The notes under the pieces: model-generated | What the model was told of the DNA's origin: nothing | The model's database searches: none | The model's input: only the letters and a program-made list of their open reading frames with translations | Shown: positions 26,066-43,450 of the stretch, in pieces | Layout of the letters: every line of letters starts with the position of its first letter | Position numbering within the stretch: the first letter of the stretch is position 1 | From: Eledone cirrhosa | Lineage: Eukaryota | Assembly: GCA_964016885.1 (NCBI GenBank) | Contig: OZ024755.1 | Coordinates: 29,760,001-29,824,000, forward strand | DNA: 64,000 nt | Reading direction: 5' to 3' | Made by a program: the position numbers and the translations under genes

Positions 26066-27369
26066 GACCAGCTAAGCTCAACTGTGAATATTTAAATGTC
26101 TTTATTACATTAGAGAGGATAAATTATTTATTAGGGAGTGTTTGATTATAATTACGTGTGCTTCACTTCATTTCCCATCATTGTTAGTAAAAAGTTAGAA
26201 AAGTAAGTTTTCGTAACTTTAAATTCGTTTTCCATGTTTCAATATTAAATATTGAAATGTTAAATCGTCCTTTTCATGAACTCGTTTCGAAAGTAAACAG
26301 TAAGTTTAATAATATATAAACTAAGTATGACTAAATTAATACTTTAATTTGCTGTAGTACTTGATTAACACCAATTGTTTATTCTACTTGTAAGAAGAAA
26401 TTAATTATCAAACATATGAGAAATTAAATTAGGATTAGTTTCCATATCGAATACTTAATTTCGGATTTCGGATTATAATAGTATTAGTTATTGTAATCCC
26501 TGCTTGATTCGATTGCTGATGAAGATATATACGAACTTACTAAACTAGGACGAAAATATGCTCGTTTCCATCATGGTAATTATCGAATTTGCTGACGAAA
26601 TCCACTTTGTTACTATTGATCATACTGGTGGAAGTTGTAGTGGGTAAAGACTGTTGTATTGTTATTGATGGTTCATGTGTCGACGTCCTCAATATCAGAG
26701 TTGTTGTTTAGTCCTGGTCACAAGATCGGTTTAGGCATGGCAACTCTGCTCTGTCCATTATCTAAGCATAATATATCAAAGGATTCAATTATCCAAACGC
26801 TTCTTTCCAGGTTTAAAATATTAATAACTGATTTAATAAATATCTAGTTGCGATTGCTAACAATGTGAATGATTGCATAGAGGATTCTTTGGTGGCTCGT
26901 TTCTATATAGGTTTGAGCCGAGCTGCTTCAGCAGCGTATATCGACATGAAGTTTTAGACGGAAAATTTCTACTAAATCTCCGCTTTGGGGATGAGTGACA
27001 GATTTCTTTAAGTAATTGATCATTTAATTGTTAACAGAATTGGCATCTATGAGCTTACTCAATCTGCTAGAAATAGAGTTCAAATTTTACAGATTCTACC
27101 ACCACAAAAGAGGAACCACTGCGCATTGTAATCATCGAGGTACAAATAGACTGAATAGTCAAAACTTGAACGGAATGCATTGGATCAAAGCTCTGCTAAC
27201 TCAGAGGCAAAAATGAACTAAACACTATAAATTATAGCAAATGTCTTCTTTAGGCAATTCAGTTTCAATACAAGATATCAATGTTTATATCCTAATATGG
27301 GACTTGTCCTTCGTGTACAATGCTTCTCTTCTTTTCCATCTTCGTCCAGTTATTTCAAAAAGGTTCATG

Positions 27370-27720
27370 GGGGCATAGCGATATTTGGAGAGTTTACCCA
27401 CCTCAGCCTGAAGTGCAGCAGATCCTGGGTTAGTCACGGACTGCACCAGGTTGCCACAAGAGAATGTGCTGCTGCGGGAAGATTGTCATGCCGTCTGGAC
27501 TTTTGCAGTCCCTTCGGTCCGGCCCCGTCGGCTCGAGCTGGGAAGGGAAACCTGCAAGATTCAACACATGCTTTATGATCTCATTGAATGCAGCATGGCG
27601 TGGAAAGCGGCCAGCACTGTAGCGACGAGAGAGAGGGTGGAGGCGGAGAGAGGGTGGAGGCGGAAAGAGTCTTTTCGACATTTGTGTGGCTCGCAGATAC
27701 GAGGCCGAACCTTAGGGAAA
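27370..27720 (-). mobile_element. CRE-like RLE LINE fragment
   Basis: RHAAFNEIIKHVLNLAGFPSQLEPTGPDRRDCKSPDGMTIFP (RH...EP..L.R.DGKRPDG motif); nucleotide match to 58195 copy. Confidence 0.7.
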
Positions 27721-27851
27721 GCCCGATTGGCAGGCTATCGTTATCATGCATGCATGCACCCATACATACATACATGCAAGATGATGGTTGCCCCCTCGTT
27801 ATCGAGTATGGCCATTACACGATGTAACATTATTAATAATTATCAATAAAT

Positions 27852-28040
27852 TATTACTACTTTTTGCACTAGATCAGCAACTATCCAGTGCATTACTGGT
27901 ACTTTATTTTATCGACCACGTAATGATGAAAGGCAAAGTTAATCTCGGCGGGATTTGAACTTAGAATGGCAAGGGCCATAACTGTATGCATCAAAGAATG
28001 GCGCCCGACCCTCTACCGATACTGCAATCCACCGCCCCTT
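27852..28040 (-). mobile_element. Family-B SINE
   Basis: Full length; 16-bp TSD attaataattatcaat (27832-27847, 28045-28060). Confidence 0.87.
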
Positions 28041-28508
28041 TATCATTAATAATTATCAATTAATGCTATCGTACAATGCCTGTGAAAGATTTTTTTTAAG
28101 TCAGGAAAGACTGTGCACTGAGCCAATGCCACTCTCTGAGCGACAGTAGCTATAACCTGAAAAGAAGAAAAGTTCAACATCATCGTTAACTACTGAGCTG
28201 CATACATATACACACGCACTATCTTTTCATTTTGTATATATGGCACAACGCTTCTTAATCGACATATTTATGAATAAATGTATGAATAAAATAGCAAAAG
28301 CTAGACATTCCTGAATACAAGATGATGTGTGTAACGTTTTATGGATTTCGCAAGAAAATTAAAGATATGAAGGAAATTGGAAAATGTGAACAAAACCAGA
28401 GAAACATGAATAACAAACATACATCAAAAATCAAGAAGACAATCCAATATTCAATTAATATTGCAACTTAACCAACATATGCAGCATGATTGAAAATTAT
28501 TTTTGCTA

Positions 28509-29026
<518 letters not shown>

Positions 29027-30110
29027 ATGTCGGTGTAATGTCAGTATTGATTGTTATTATGTTATATATATTTTTCAGATATCACAATATTCGTAAATAA
29101 CACATTATTTCTTGCAGAATAAAAACCATGTTATATTTCCTTGATAAATAAAGCCACTGAAAATATCTAATAGTAACTATTTCATATCTTACCCTTGCTC
29201 CTACTTTTGTATAGTACCGGATGTTCCAAGCTTTTTTTTCTTTTTTGTCTTTTGCTGTACGCTTTATTCAATTTTCTGTTCGATCAGTTCGTTCTTATAT
29301 CGATGTAATTAAGGAAAAATATGATATTTGTCAGTGACTGTTGCTATATTGTGAAGATAAAACAACTGATGTATATGCATAACTATTTTGTTTAATAAAA
29401 AAAACTGTAGTCCATTTCGAATTGAGATATATATGTAAATAAAATGTAATTTCCGCGTATTTTTATCATTAAATAACAGAAAATATTGATAATCGTTTAT
29501 TATTTGTATATTTATTTATTTATATTTATTACGTGAACCAGTTCAGTAAAGAAAGAATCCACGTGAAGAGAAGTAACAACGAAAACCAATGAAGGAACAG
29601 CACCAATGTCCACTCGACCTACAAGAATTAGCAGTCAAATCTCTCACAAATCACATTCTACCGTCTCATAAAATGACAGACTTTATGATGTGATCCTGAG
29701 TACACTCTGTTGGGAGAATGTACAGAATGGTCTGCATGTAAAAACTTCAAGTTTCCCACTATTTCAAATTAAACCCTGGTGATGTAAAACCCTACATTAC
29801 TCGTGAGGGAGCCAGAACTCTAATTTCAAATTGGCCCAGCACTGTTCATAAAATTTCCTTCCTTGATTAAGCTAAACTGGTATAAGAGTACTAAAGATAG
29901 GGACTTTGTGGGCATGTTTATCCTATAAGCCAGGAATGACCGATGATTACACTTAGCAATGGCGTACAATATGAATTGTCATGCAACAGATAATTTGACG
30001 AATAATCCAGTGAGTTAGGCTCAAAACTAATGATTAGCAGCAAGTTACCTATTATAACAAAATATTCAAATTAATATAATTATGACAAAATATTCAAATT
30101 AATATAATTA

Positions 30111-30232
30111 CCGTATTTCCCGGCGCTGAGGACGCACCCTAATTTTGACACAAAAATTTGAAAAAAAAATAAACAACCTTCGGCCTCCAGGATTCATGGA
30201 AGATTTTTGAGACTTATTTTAGAGAAATACGG
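30111..30232. mobile_element. TcMar (Tc2/pogo-like) MITE
   Basis: TA-ccgtatttc ... gaaatacgg-TA. Confidence 0.7.
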
Positions 30233-30452
30233 TAACCAATTACAGCACCCAATCCAAATGAGGAATCAGGGCACGATAAAAGTACGTTTATAAGGCCTCC
30301 CGTTATTTTAAAGAGGTGTTAGTAGGCAATTGCACCAGTCATGACTCACCAGTACAGAACTAGATATAGGAAGATAATCTGCTATAAATTCAGGCACGCA
30401 CACGCACAGATTACATGCATCAGCTGACACAGATATCAAGCACTCAACAGTA

Positions 30453-31046
30453 TATGTTTCTATTTTTGGCAAAAGGCCAGCAATTACCAGTACATTAGTG
30501 GTACTTTATTTTATCGACCCCGTAAGGATGAAAGGCAACGTTAACCTCGGCGGGATTTGAACTCAGACTGTAAAGGGACGTAACTATGCTAGAAAGCATG
30601 GCGTCCAACTCTCTACCGATACTGCCAATTCACCGCCCTGTAATTATAATAATTATTATTTCTACTTTTGGCACAAGGCCAGCAATTATCCCATTGTATT
30701 ACTGGTTCTTTATTTTATCGACCCCGTAAGGATGAAAGGCAAAGTTAACCTCGGCGGGATTTGAACTCAGACCATAAAGGGCTGTAACTCGTTGCTGCAA
30801 AGCATGACGTCCAACCCTCTACCGATACTGCCAATTCACCGCCCATTGTAATTATAATTGTTTCTACTTTAGGTACAAGGCCAGCAATTACCCAGTGCAT
30901 TACTGGTACTTTATTTTATCGACCCCGTAAGGATGAAAGGCAAAGTCAACCTCGGCGGGATTTGAACTCAGATCGTAAAGGGACGTAACTATGCTGGAAA
31001 GCATGGCGTCCGACCCTCTACCGATACTGCCAATCCACCGCCCATT
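30453..31046 (-). mobile_element. Three stacked family-B SINEs
   Basis: Copies 30453-30638, 30655-30845, 30855-31045, each followed by tgtaattataat. Confidence 0.9.
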
Positions 31047-31099
31047 GTAATTATAATAATAATAAACAAGGCAGTTAATAATAAGACAGTTATTTAGAC

Positions 31100-31438
31100 C
31101 AGGGGGTGCAACATATTCCATTGGCGGGCCACCATTAAACATCGGAACAACTATTAGGGCCAGTCACTGTCAAAAATATGTGAATTGAGTCATAAATACA
31201 TTGTGAATACATTTTTAAACAATGAAGACAAATAACATGGAACTGGGAAATTATAACACACATAACCCTATCAGTGAAGCCCTTTAGTATAGGTCAACTC
31301 ACAGAAGATTATATTACGGTTACGAACAAAATTCTAAATAAGCCTACACGGTAAAAAATTAAAAACGGTCATCACAGACCACTCTGACTGGTCTGGCGAG
31401 CCGGATTGTGGCCCTCGGCCGCCTGTTGCACGCCCCTG
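31100..31438. mobile_element. hAT-Charlie-like MITE
   Basis: TIRs cagggggtgcaaca / tgttgcacgcccctg; TSD atttagac / ctttagac (7/8). Confidence 0.8.
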
Positions 31439-32557
31439 CTTTAGACCGCCACAATATATGTGTGTGTGTCTGATGGTAGCTAAGATGCTATTTTATTTCA
31501 ATGTTTTAACATGTGTGTATATATATACAGTTGAGGAATGGGTTTAAATAATTGGAGAAATACCTAATCTCTGTAAATTCGCCTGGTTTGTTCTTGACCG
31601 TTTGCCAGCTGCTGAAAACATATGGCCAACCTCAGGATCGTCATCATCATCATGAACACTATCATCATCATCAACAGAACCACCATCAATGTCATCACCG
31701 TCATATACATCAACCTCAAGAACTATTACTACACTACAAACCATAAAACCATAAACTTTAATCATATATACAAAGAATAATCAACCACATTATGTCCACA
31801 GCAAGAACATCAACTATGGCAAACACGAAACAATCTACCTCTGGCAGTTGATAAAAACAGACATTGCTATATTTACAGACAACTAGTTTTAGCTGGAATG
31901 AAATTAGTTCGCTGAATTCTTCAAGTTGTTTAAGGCAACGTTTAATAGAAAAGTAGTGAGATAAATATTAGACTAAAAGGTTAAATAAATAACTAATAAA
32001 AAAGGTTTGAAAACAAAAATATTATATGTGTGTGTGCGTGTGTTTGAAGATACATATGCAACGTATGTTCACATAGCCATTTCAATAGACACAAGTAAGT
32101 GCATACAAATTTGCTTAGGGCCTCATTTAATAGTAGCAAGATGAAAATTAGAACATGATATATATATATGTATATATATATATGTGTGTGTGCGTGTGTG
32201 CAAGCTTACACTCATACACCCACTATAAATCAAGCAAGACCCATATCTTGACCAAGTTAATGTAACTAGACGATTCTATCTTCCTTTCCTTTATTTATAA
32301 GCGAGTTGCTGAACAGTGTCCACCTACAATAGACTCTATCCATATCCGAGTGACGATACAAAGAATATTTCATTCAAAACTTGTCGTGAGTTCAAATCTC
32401 ATTGAAGGTGCTGTGCTGGGTTGTTTCAATTATGCCACTGCTTATTACTTCTTCATACACGTCTTTCCTTAATTTCCGATATTTGAGAACTTCAAAAATC
32501 AAGAAAACTGTCTTAATATTCAAAGGATGATCGATTGCGCAACAGACGTCAAAAGTT

Positions 32558-33975
32558 TCATTCGTTGATTCTGCTGAGGAGGTCCTCTGTACTGTCACAT
32601 ACATCTGGGGACATTATGGGGCATATAACCATTGAGAGGAAGTAGGAAATCCTGTAGTTGCTAGCGATATTGGTTCGGCATACAGGTCTTGTTGGTGGTC
32701 TTGTTGTCAGGTCATCGACTGTCTTATGGTCTTTGCGGAGCCCATACAAGGATGGTATGTCATTGTTAGACGCCTGGAAGTCGTTGGCAGTGCGTCTGCT
32801 TGGCTTTAGGATGTCGGTCCACATCATCATGTGAGCGTTGAGGATCTTCTCTCTACCCTCATGTATTTGCTGTGTAATTTCACTCGTGTTGATGATGTGG
32901 GGTTGCATAGCCTTGATGTAGTTCGGCATGCTGTCTATTGACATCCTACTAGACTTATCCGTGGGTAGACATACTACCTCACCATCCCTTGTGCGTTGCT
33001 TGAGGCTAACTAAGCCTTCTACAGGTTTCCTTCCAAGTTGTTGGACCTCTGGTCTGCTTTATCTCTTAGTATACCGGTCTACTATTTGTCTAATCTTATT
33101 TCTAGCTATGGTGAACTGTGCCTCTTTCTCGTCATCTATTTGTTGTGGTATACAAACCCTTTTATTAAAGGGTAACCTTGTAGGATAGATATTACCCATC
33201 TTATATGTTTTGTCAGCTGGGTTGAAGAATAATTTCTCTAAGGGGTTGTCATTATTTCTATCGTCATAGTTGTGTGTGTTGCTATTATTCTTATTATGGT
33301 TGTTGTTGTTCCTACCATTAACATTATTATTATGATTGTGAGATGTGTTGTTGTTGTTGTCTATCGTTAATATTACTACCATTATTATTATTACTATTTC
33401 TCACTCTCCTGCTATTGTCATTGTTATTTCTATACTCAGAGTTGTTGTCCGTATAGTTGTTGTTGTTGTTTATTTTCGCATTCCAACGTATTTTTGTGAA
33501 ACACTTTCCAGCTCCGTTTTGCACTCGATTGGATTTATCTTTTTTGTAAATAGCAAATTTCGGTGGGAGCTGTAGAGCTTGTTGTTCTTGCTCATTGATT
33601 AAAGTGTTCCCATAAATATTTATTGTATGGTCTTTAGTAAATTTTGCCGGTAATGCTACGTCTGTCATACGGATATTGTTGATGTTATCTGGGTATTTTT
33701 GTAAATTTTCTATTTTCCTTTCTTCTTCCTCATCCATCCTAATTTCTTATTGAAATGTCTATTGCATTCGTTTTGAGCATATTTCGTTTCACGTTGAATG
33801 ACGCTCGTGAGTTCATCTATCTCGTTTGGTGTGGTGAGATTTTGATCTTCCTTAACGTTAACGCGTTTCTGTCTGTAGAGTTCGTTAACTTTTGTATATG
33901 TTATTCTTTTCATATTGACTGTCATTGTGTGTTTTAGTCGTTCAGCTTGTGTTTTGTTTAATAATAAATTATTTA
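32558..33975 (-). pseudogene. Penelope-like element RT N-terminal region, disrupted
   Basis: EQQALQLPPKFA; GEVVCLPTDKSSR; IPSLYGLRKDHK...PPTRPVC...NYRISYFLS; several stops/frameshifts; Asn-rich insert. Confidence 0.8.
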
Positions 33976-34020
33976 ATTATTTTGATATGTTTGTTGTGTC
34001 GCAAAGGATATATATATATA

Positions 34021-34211
34021 TAGGAACGAGTAGGACCCTGACGGCTGAGGTCAAGCCGTTTCGACGGCTAATTCTGGAAAGAATTAACCGTCGAGACGGC
34101 TTGAGCTCAGCCGTCGGGGTCCTCCTCGTTCCTATTATCCGCTCTACTAAAATAAGTATTGAGTACTTTGGTGCGTTATGGTCCATCTGGTTCCTTACCA
34201 CATTTCCTTTG

Positions 34212-34213
<2 letters not shown>
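34021..34213 (+). mobile_element. Hairpin-headed TA-embedded mini-element (family E)
   Basis: 55-bp inverted repeat 34021-34075/34080-34134 containing GA(G)AC-GGCT..AGCC-GTC; tail shared with 46661 and 49299 copies. Confidence 0.75.
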
Positions 34214-34277
<64 letters not shown>

Positions 34278-34379
34278 AAAAAATGAAACGATATTTCATT
34301 TCCCATATATATGTATATATATATATATATACATACTACTGTACGTCTGTATATATATACGTATGTACGTGTACATACT

Positions 34380-34434
<55 letters not shown>

Positions 34435-34485
34435 TTAGAGCAAATGTTTATTATCAGAACAGATTAAGTTTTAATCTGTTCTTAT

Positions 34486-34488
<3 letters not shown>

Positions 34489-34550
<62 letters not shown>
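34489..34550. repeat. (GA)n microsatellite
   Basis: Direct reading. Confidence 0.95.
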
Positions 34551-34555
<5 letters not shown>

Positions 34556-34749
34556 TATAAAATAAATGAAGCTAATTATCATTAGTTTTTTGTATAAAAT
34601 CAAGTCCGGATTTTCATTTGGCTGCTGCTAAATGAGTGCATGGATACCTTTATGTGCTGGCGTCTATTTGTGTCTCTCACAATTTATAGATAAATATGTT
34701 TTGCATACTTAATTTTTCTAATCGCATACGTAGAAGCATGTCCATATAA

Positions 34750-34814
<65 letters not shown>

Positions 34815-34827
34815 TATTTATACATGC

Positions 34828-34891
<64 letters not shown>

Positions 34892-34904
34892 TATTTATAC
34901 ATGC

Positions 34905-34956
<52 letters not shown>

Positions 34957-34969
34957 TATTTATACATGC

Positions 34970-35017
<48 letters not shown>

Positions 35018-35262
35018 TATACACATATATACATACACATATATATACACATATATATACATACACATATATATACACATATATATACATACACATATAT
35101 ATACACATATATATACATACACATATATATACATATATATACATACATATATATACATACACATATATATACATATATATACATACATATATATACATAC
35201 ACATATATATACATACATATACATATATATACATATATACACATACACATATATATACATAT

Positions 35263-35998
35263 ACTCTTTTACCTGTTTCAGCCATCCGGCTGAGGCCATG
35301 CTGGGGCACCGCCCTTGTTGCTACACATTTTATCTCCAGCCTGTATAGGTTGGCCACTGGTGTAGGAGGGAGTTTGTTGCTGCTGCCCTTAGGTTTCCCT
35401 CGTGTCTTGCTGTGGGCTCATCCGGGATCCTGGATAACAAGGTGTCGAGATGTTTCTTAAAGACATCCACCTCCACGTCATGCAAGTCTCGCAGATGCCT
35501 CGGCAGCCTGTTGAAGAGTTGAGGGCCCTTGAATCCCAGGCTATTGCAATACCTGCTCCTTATTCTAGATGTGGAAGACGGGACCTTTGGCACCACACAG
35601 TGACGTCCTGTTCGACGGTTGGTCCAGCTCCCAATGCCAAAGTTTGGTGCTAGTCCCTCCAGGATTTTCCACATGTAGATCACTGCGTATCTCTCCCGTC
35701 TTCGCTCCAAGGAGTAGAGGTTCAGTTCCTTCAGCCTCTCCCAGTAGCTTGTCTCCCTCATCTTGGCAATCCTCTTGGTGTAGCTTCGCTGGATTGCCTC
35801 AAGCTCTGTGGTTAGTTTGACACTATGGGGTGACCACAGCTGGGAGCAGTAGTCCAGGCGGCTTAGGACAAAAGTCCTCCACAGTGTCAACATGGTGTCT
35901 CGATCTCTTGTAAGGAAAGTCCTCAAGATCCAGCCAGCGAATCGTCTACATGCTGTCGCCACCTTCATGATGTGTGAAGAAAAAGATGCATCATCGCT
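35263..35998 (-). mobile_element. 5'-truncated CR1-like LINE 3' end
   Basis: WILRTF...[13 protein letters not shown]...LEAIQR..TKRI...[20 protein letters not shown], open to stop at 35330; 3' UTR ggtgccccagcatggcc...gaaacaggtaaaaga. Confidence 0.88.
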
Positions 35999-36014
35999 AT
36001 ATACATATATATAC

Positions 36015-36071
<57 letters not shown>

Positions 36072-36072
36072 C

Positions 36073-36117
<45 letters not shown>

Positions 36118-36469
36118 CATATATATACATATATATATATACATATATATACATATATATATATACATATATATACATATATATACATATATATACACAT
36201 ATACATATATATACATATATATACATATATATACACATATATATATACATATATATACATATATATATATACATATACATATATATACATATATATACAC
36301 ATATACATATATATACATATATATACACATATATATATATACATATACATATATATACATATATATATATACATATACATATATATACATATATATACAT
36401 ATATATACATATATATACATATATATACATATATATATATATATATACATATATATACATATATATACA

Positions 36470-36563
<94 letters not shown>

Positions 36564-36772
36564 CATATATATACATATATATATATATATATACATATAT
36601 ATACATATATATATATATATACATATATATACATATATATACATATATATACATATATATACATATATACATATATATACATATATATACATATATATAT
36701 ATATATACATATATATACATATATATACATATATATATATACATACACATATATATATATACATACACATAT
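35999..36772. repeat. (TA)n/(CATA) array
   Basis: Direct reading. Confidence 0.95.
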
Positions 36773-37362
36773 GGTGGCTGCCAACTCGTTTTCGAGTATG
36801 GCCACTACTTTATATCCATGTAGGAGTACTACCAATGCGCTGAACGAGTGTGACTTTTTAGTCCAGCCAGCGACTTGAAAACTCTGGTACAAACACTACA
36901 CTTGTGACAATTATTGACACATAGTGCTGGGCCCATGGTACCATGTGACGACAAGTGCAGAGAGATCTCCAGATATAAAGCAATGCCTGTGCTGTGAAGC
37001 TTTTATAGTGAGCAAAGGCACTGCACAAAGCCAGTCCCACTCTCTTAACCAAGATGATATTTACCAAAAAGAAGAACAATTCAACATCATTGGATACCAT
37101 CAGGGTTGCAGGTGTTATATCAGAGTTTTCCTTCTCCTAGAATTCTGCCTTGACAAAGGCTAAGGGGTCATCTCTCCCTGTGATTTTGGATGGCCATTGA
37201 CTCTTAAGAGCTCCTCTGCCCTTTGACAGGTTTTGTTTTTAGTCCTGCAGGATGTCCAAAGTCACCCTCCTCACCAAGAAACCTTGGTGGGGTTGCCAGT
37301 TTAGTCGCCAACGACCCGACCATGAGACAGGTTGTACTGGGATACATGTTACCAGTAGCACC
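36773..37362 (-). mobile_element. Bipartite non-autonomous RTE-derived element (family D)
   Basis: RTE-type 5' UTR motif ctaggagaaggaaaactctgat joined to C2H2-encoding 3' end; near-identical to 50889-51496. Confidence 0.78.
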
Positions 37363-39397
<2,035 letters not shown>

Positions 39398-39419
39398 CTT
39401 TTTTTTTTTTTTTTTTAAT

Positions 39420-39631
39420 CGATCGACTTTCGTCAAATCTGACCGAGGAAACAATCTTTCCGTTGGTCCTTCCAATTGCTAATACTATCTACCGGTTGCA
39501 ACTCCAGGTAGAAGGAGCAACGTGAAATAAAGTGTCTTGCTCAAGGACATAACGCATCGCCCGGTCCAGGAATCGAACTCACAACCTCAAGATTGTGAAT
39601 CCAATTCTCTAACCACTCAGCCACACGCCTT
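39420..39631 (-). mobile_element. CORE-like SINE (family A)
   Basis: Near-identical reverse complement of 46-256. Confidence 0.85.
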
Positions 39632-39851
39632 CACATATATATATATGTATACATAAACATGTATACATATATATATATACATATAATATATATATATATA
39701 CATATAATATATATATACATACATATAATATATATATACATACATATAATATATATATACATACATATAATATATATATACATACATATAATATATACAT
39801 ACATATAATATATATATACATACATATAATATATATATACATAAAATATAT

Positions 39852-39882
<31 letters not shown>

Positions 39883-42463
39883 CATACATATATATATACA
39901 TATAAACATATATACATATAAACATATATACATATAAACATATATACATATAAATATACATATATATACATATACATAAATATACATATACATAAATATA
40001 CATATATATAAATATACATATATATAAATATACATATATATAAATATACATATATATAAATATACATATATATAAATATACATATATATAAATATACATA
40101 TATATAAATATACATATATATAAATATACATATATATATAAATATACATATATATAAATATACATACATATAAATATACATATATATAAATATACATATA
40201 TACATAAATATACATATATATAAATATACATATATACATAAATATACATATATACATAAATATACATATATACATAAATATACATATATACATATATACA
40301 CATATACACATATACATATATATACACATATATATACACATATATATATACACATATACACATATATATACACACATATATACATATACACATACATATA
40401 TACATATACATACATAAATATATACATATATACATATACATATATATATACATATATATATACATATATATATACATATATATATACATATATACATATA
40501 CATATATATATACATATATATATACATATATATATACATATATATACATATATACATATATATATACATATATATGTACATATATATACACATATATATG
40601 TACATATATATACATATATATACATATATATATACATATATATATACATATATATGTACATATATATACATATATATGTACATATATATACATATATATA
40701 TACATATATATATACATATATATATACATATATATATACATATATATATTTACATATATATATTTACATATATATATTTACATATATATATTTACATATA
40801 TATATACATATATATATACATATATATATACATATATATATACATATATATACATATATATATACACATATATATATACATATATATATACATATATATA
40901 TACATATATATATACATATATATATACATATATATATACATATATATATACATATATATATACATATATATATACATATATATATACATATATATATACA
41001 TATATATATACATATATATATACATATATATATACATATATATATACATATATATATACATATATATATACATATATATATACATATATATGTACATATA
41101 TATATACATATATATATACATATATATGTACATATATATGTACATACATATATACATATATATGTACATACATATATACATATATATGTACATATATATA
41201 TACATATATATGTACATACATATATACATATATATATACATATATATGTACATACATATATACATATATATATACATATATATGTACATACATATATACA
41301 TATATATATACATACATATATACATACATATATACATACATATGTACATACATATGTACATACATATGTACATACATATATACATACATATATACATACA
41401 TATATACATATATATGTACATACATATATACATACATATATACATATATATGTACATACATATATACATATATATGTACATACATATATATATACATATA
41501 TACATACATATATACATATATATGTACATACATATATATATACATATATATGTACATACATATATATATATACATATATATGTACATACATATATATATA
41601 TACATATATATGTACATATATATGTACATACATATATATATATATACAAATATATGTACATATATACATATATATATACATATAGATAAACATATATATA
41701 TACATATATATATATACATATATATATACATATATATATACATATATATATACATATATATATACATATATATATACATATATATATACATATATATATA
41801 CATATATATATACATATACATATATATATACATATACATATATATATACATAAACATATATATATACATATATACATATATATATACATATATACATATA
41901 TATATACATATACATATACATATACATATATATATACATATACATATACATATATACATATATATATATACATATATATATATACATATATATATATACA
42001 TATATATATACACATATATATATACACATATATATATACACATATATATACATATATATATATACATATATATATACACATATATATATACATATATATA
42101 TATACATATATATATACACATATATATATACATATATATACACATATATATACACATATATATACACATATATATATACATATATATATACATATATATA
42201 TACATATATATATACATATATATATACATATATATACACATATATATACACATATATATACATATACATATATATACACATATATATATACATATACACA
42301 TATATATACATATACATATATACATATATATACATATATACATATATATACATATACATATATACACATATACATATATACATATATATACATATATACA
42401 TATATATACATATATATATATATACATATACATATATATACATATACATATATATACATATAC

Positions 42464-42494
<31 letters not shown>

Positions 42495-42629
42495 CATATA
42501 CATATACATATATATATACATATACATATATATATACATATACATATATATATACATATACATATATATATACATATACATATATATATATACATATACA
42601 TATATATATACATATACATATATATATAC

Positions 42630-42675
<46 letters not shown>

Positions 42676-42789
42676 ACATATACATATATATATACATATA
42701 TATACACATATATATACACATATACATATATATACACATATATATACACATATACATATATATACACATATATATACACATATATATAC

Positions 42790-42842
<53 letters not shown>

Positions 42843-43001
42843 CACACATATATATACATATATACATATATACATATATATACACATACATATACATACA
42901 CATATATACATACACATATATACATACACATATATATACAGACATATATATACAGACATATATATATACATACATATATATACATATATATATATACATA
43001 C

Positions 43002-43038
<37 letters not shown>

Positions 43039-43040
43039 CA
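39632..43040. repeat. 3.4-kb complex (TA)/(CATA)/(GTACA) array
   Basis: Direct reading; blocks of 12-, 18- and 22-bp higher-order units. Confidence 0.95.
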
Positions 43041-43450
43041 TGGGTGTGTGTGTGTATATATAGGTGGTGGATATGTTTTTGTGAGTGTATGTATACATTG
43101 TTTTATCTTCCTAATAACTTCTTCCACTAAATTTCATCTTATTTCTATGTTACTATTAAATGATACCTAAAACAAATTGAACTGCGTGGCGAACTAATTT
43201 CATTTCAGCCAAAATAGTTCCTAATAAATTCAGGAATGTCTGTATTTGGCATTTGCCTGAAGTACATTTAATTCATTATTTCTAGTGTTGTTTTAAATGT
43301 TATTTAAATAATAGGTGTTGTTCTGTTGCCGACTTATTTTAGACATTTTTCTTTATTTTCAGTTTATAGTGTTATAGAATTTAGTGTAATTTAACACAAT
43401 GCATTGGGGCAAAATAATATTGCAAACAGTATTATTAGCTATATATATAT

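Noticed and set aside
31544-31625. MFSAAGKRSR resembling a hAT dimerisation motif
   Set aside because: Too short and adjacent to low-complexity sequence
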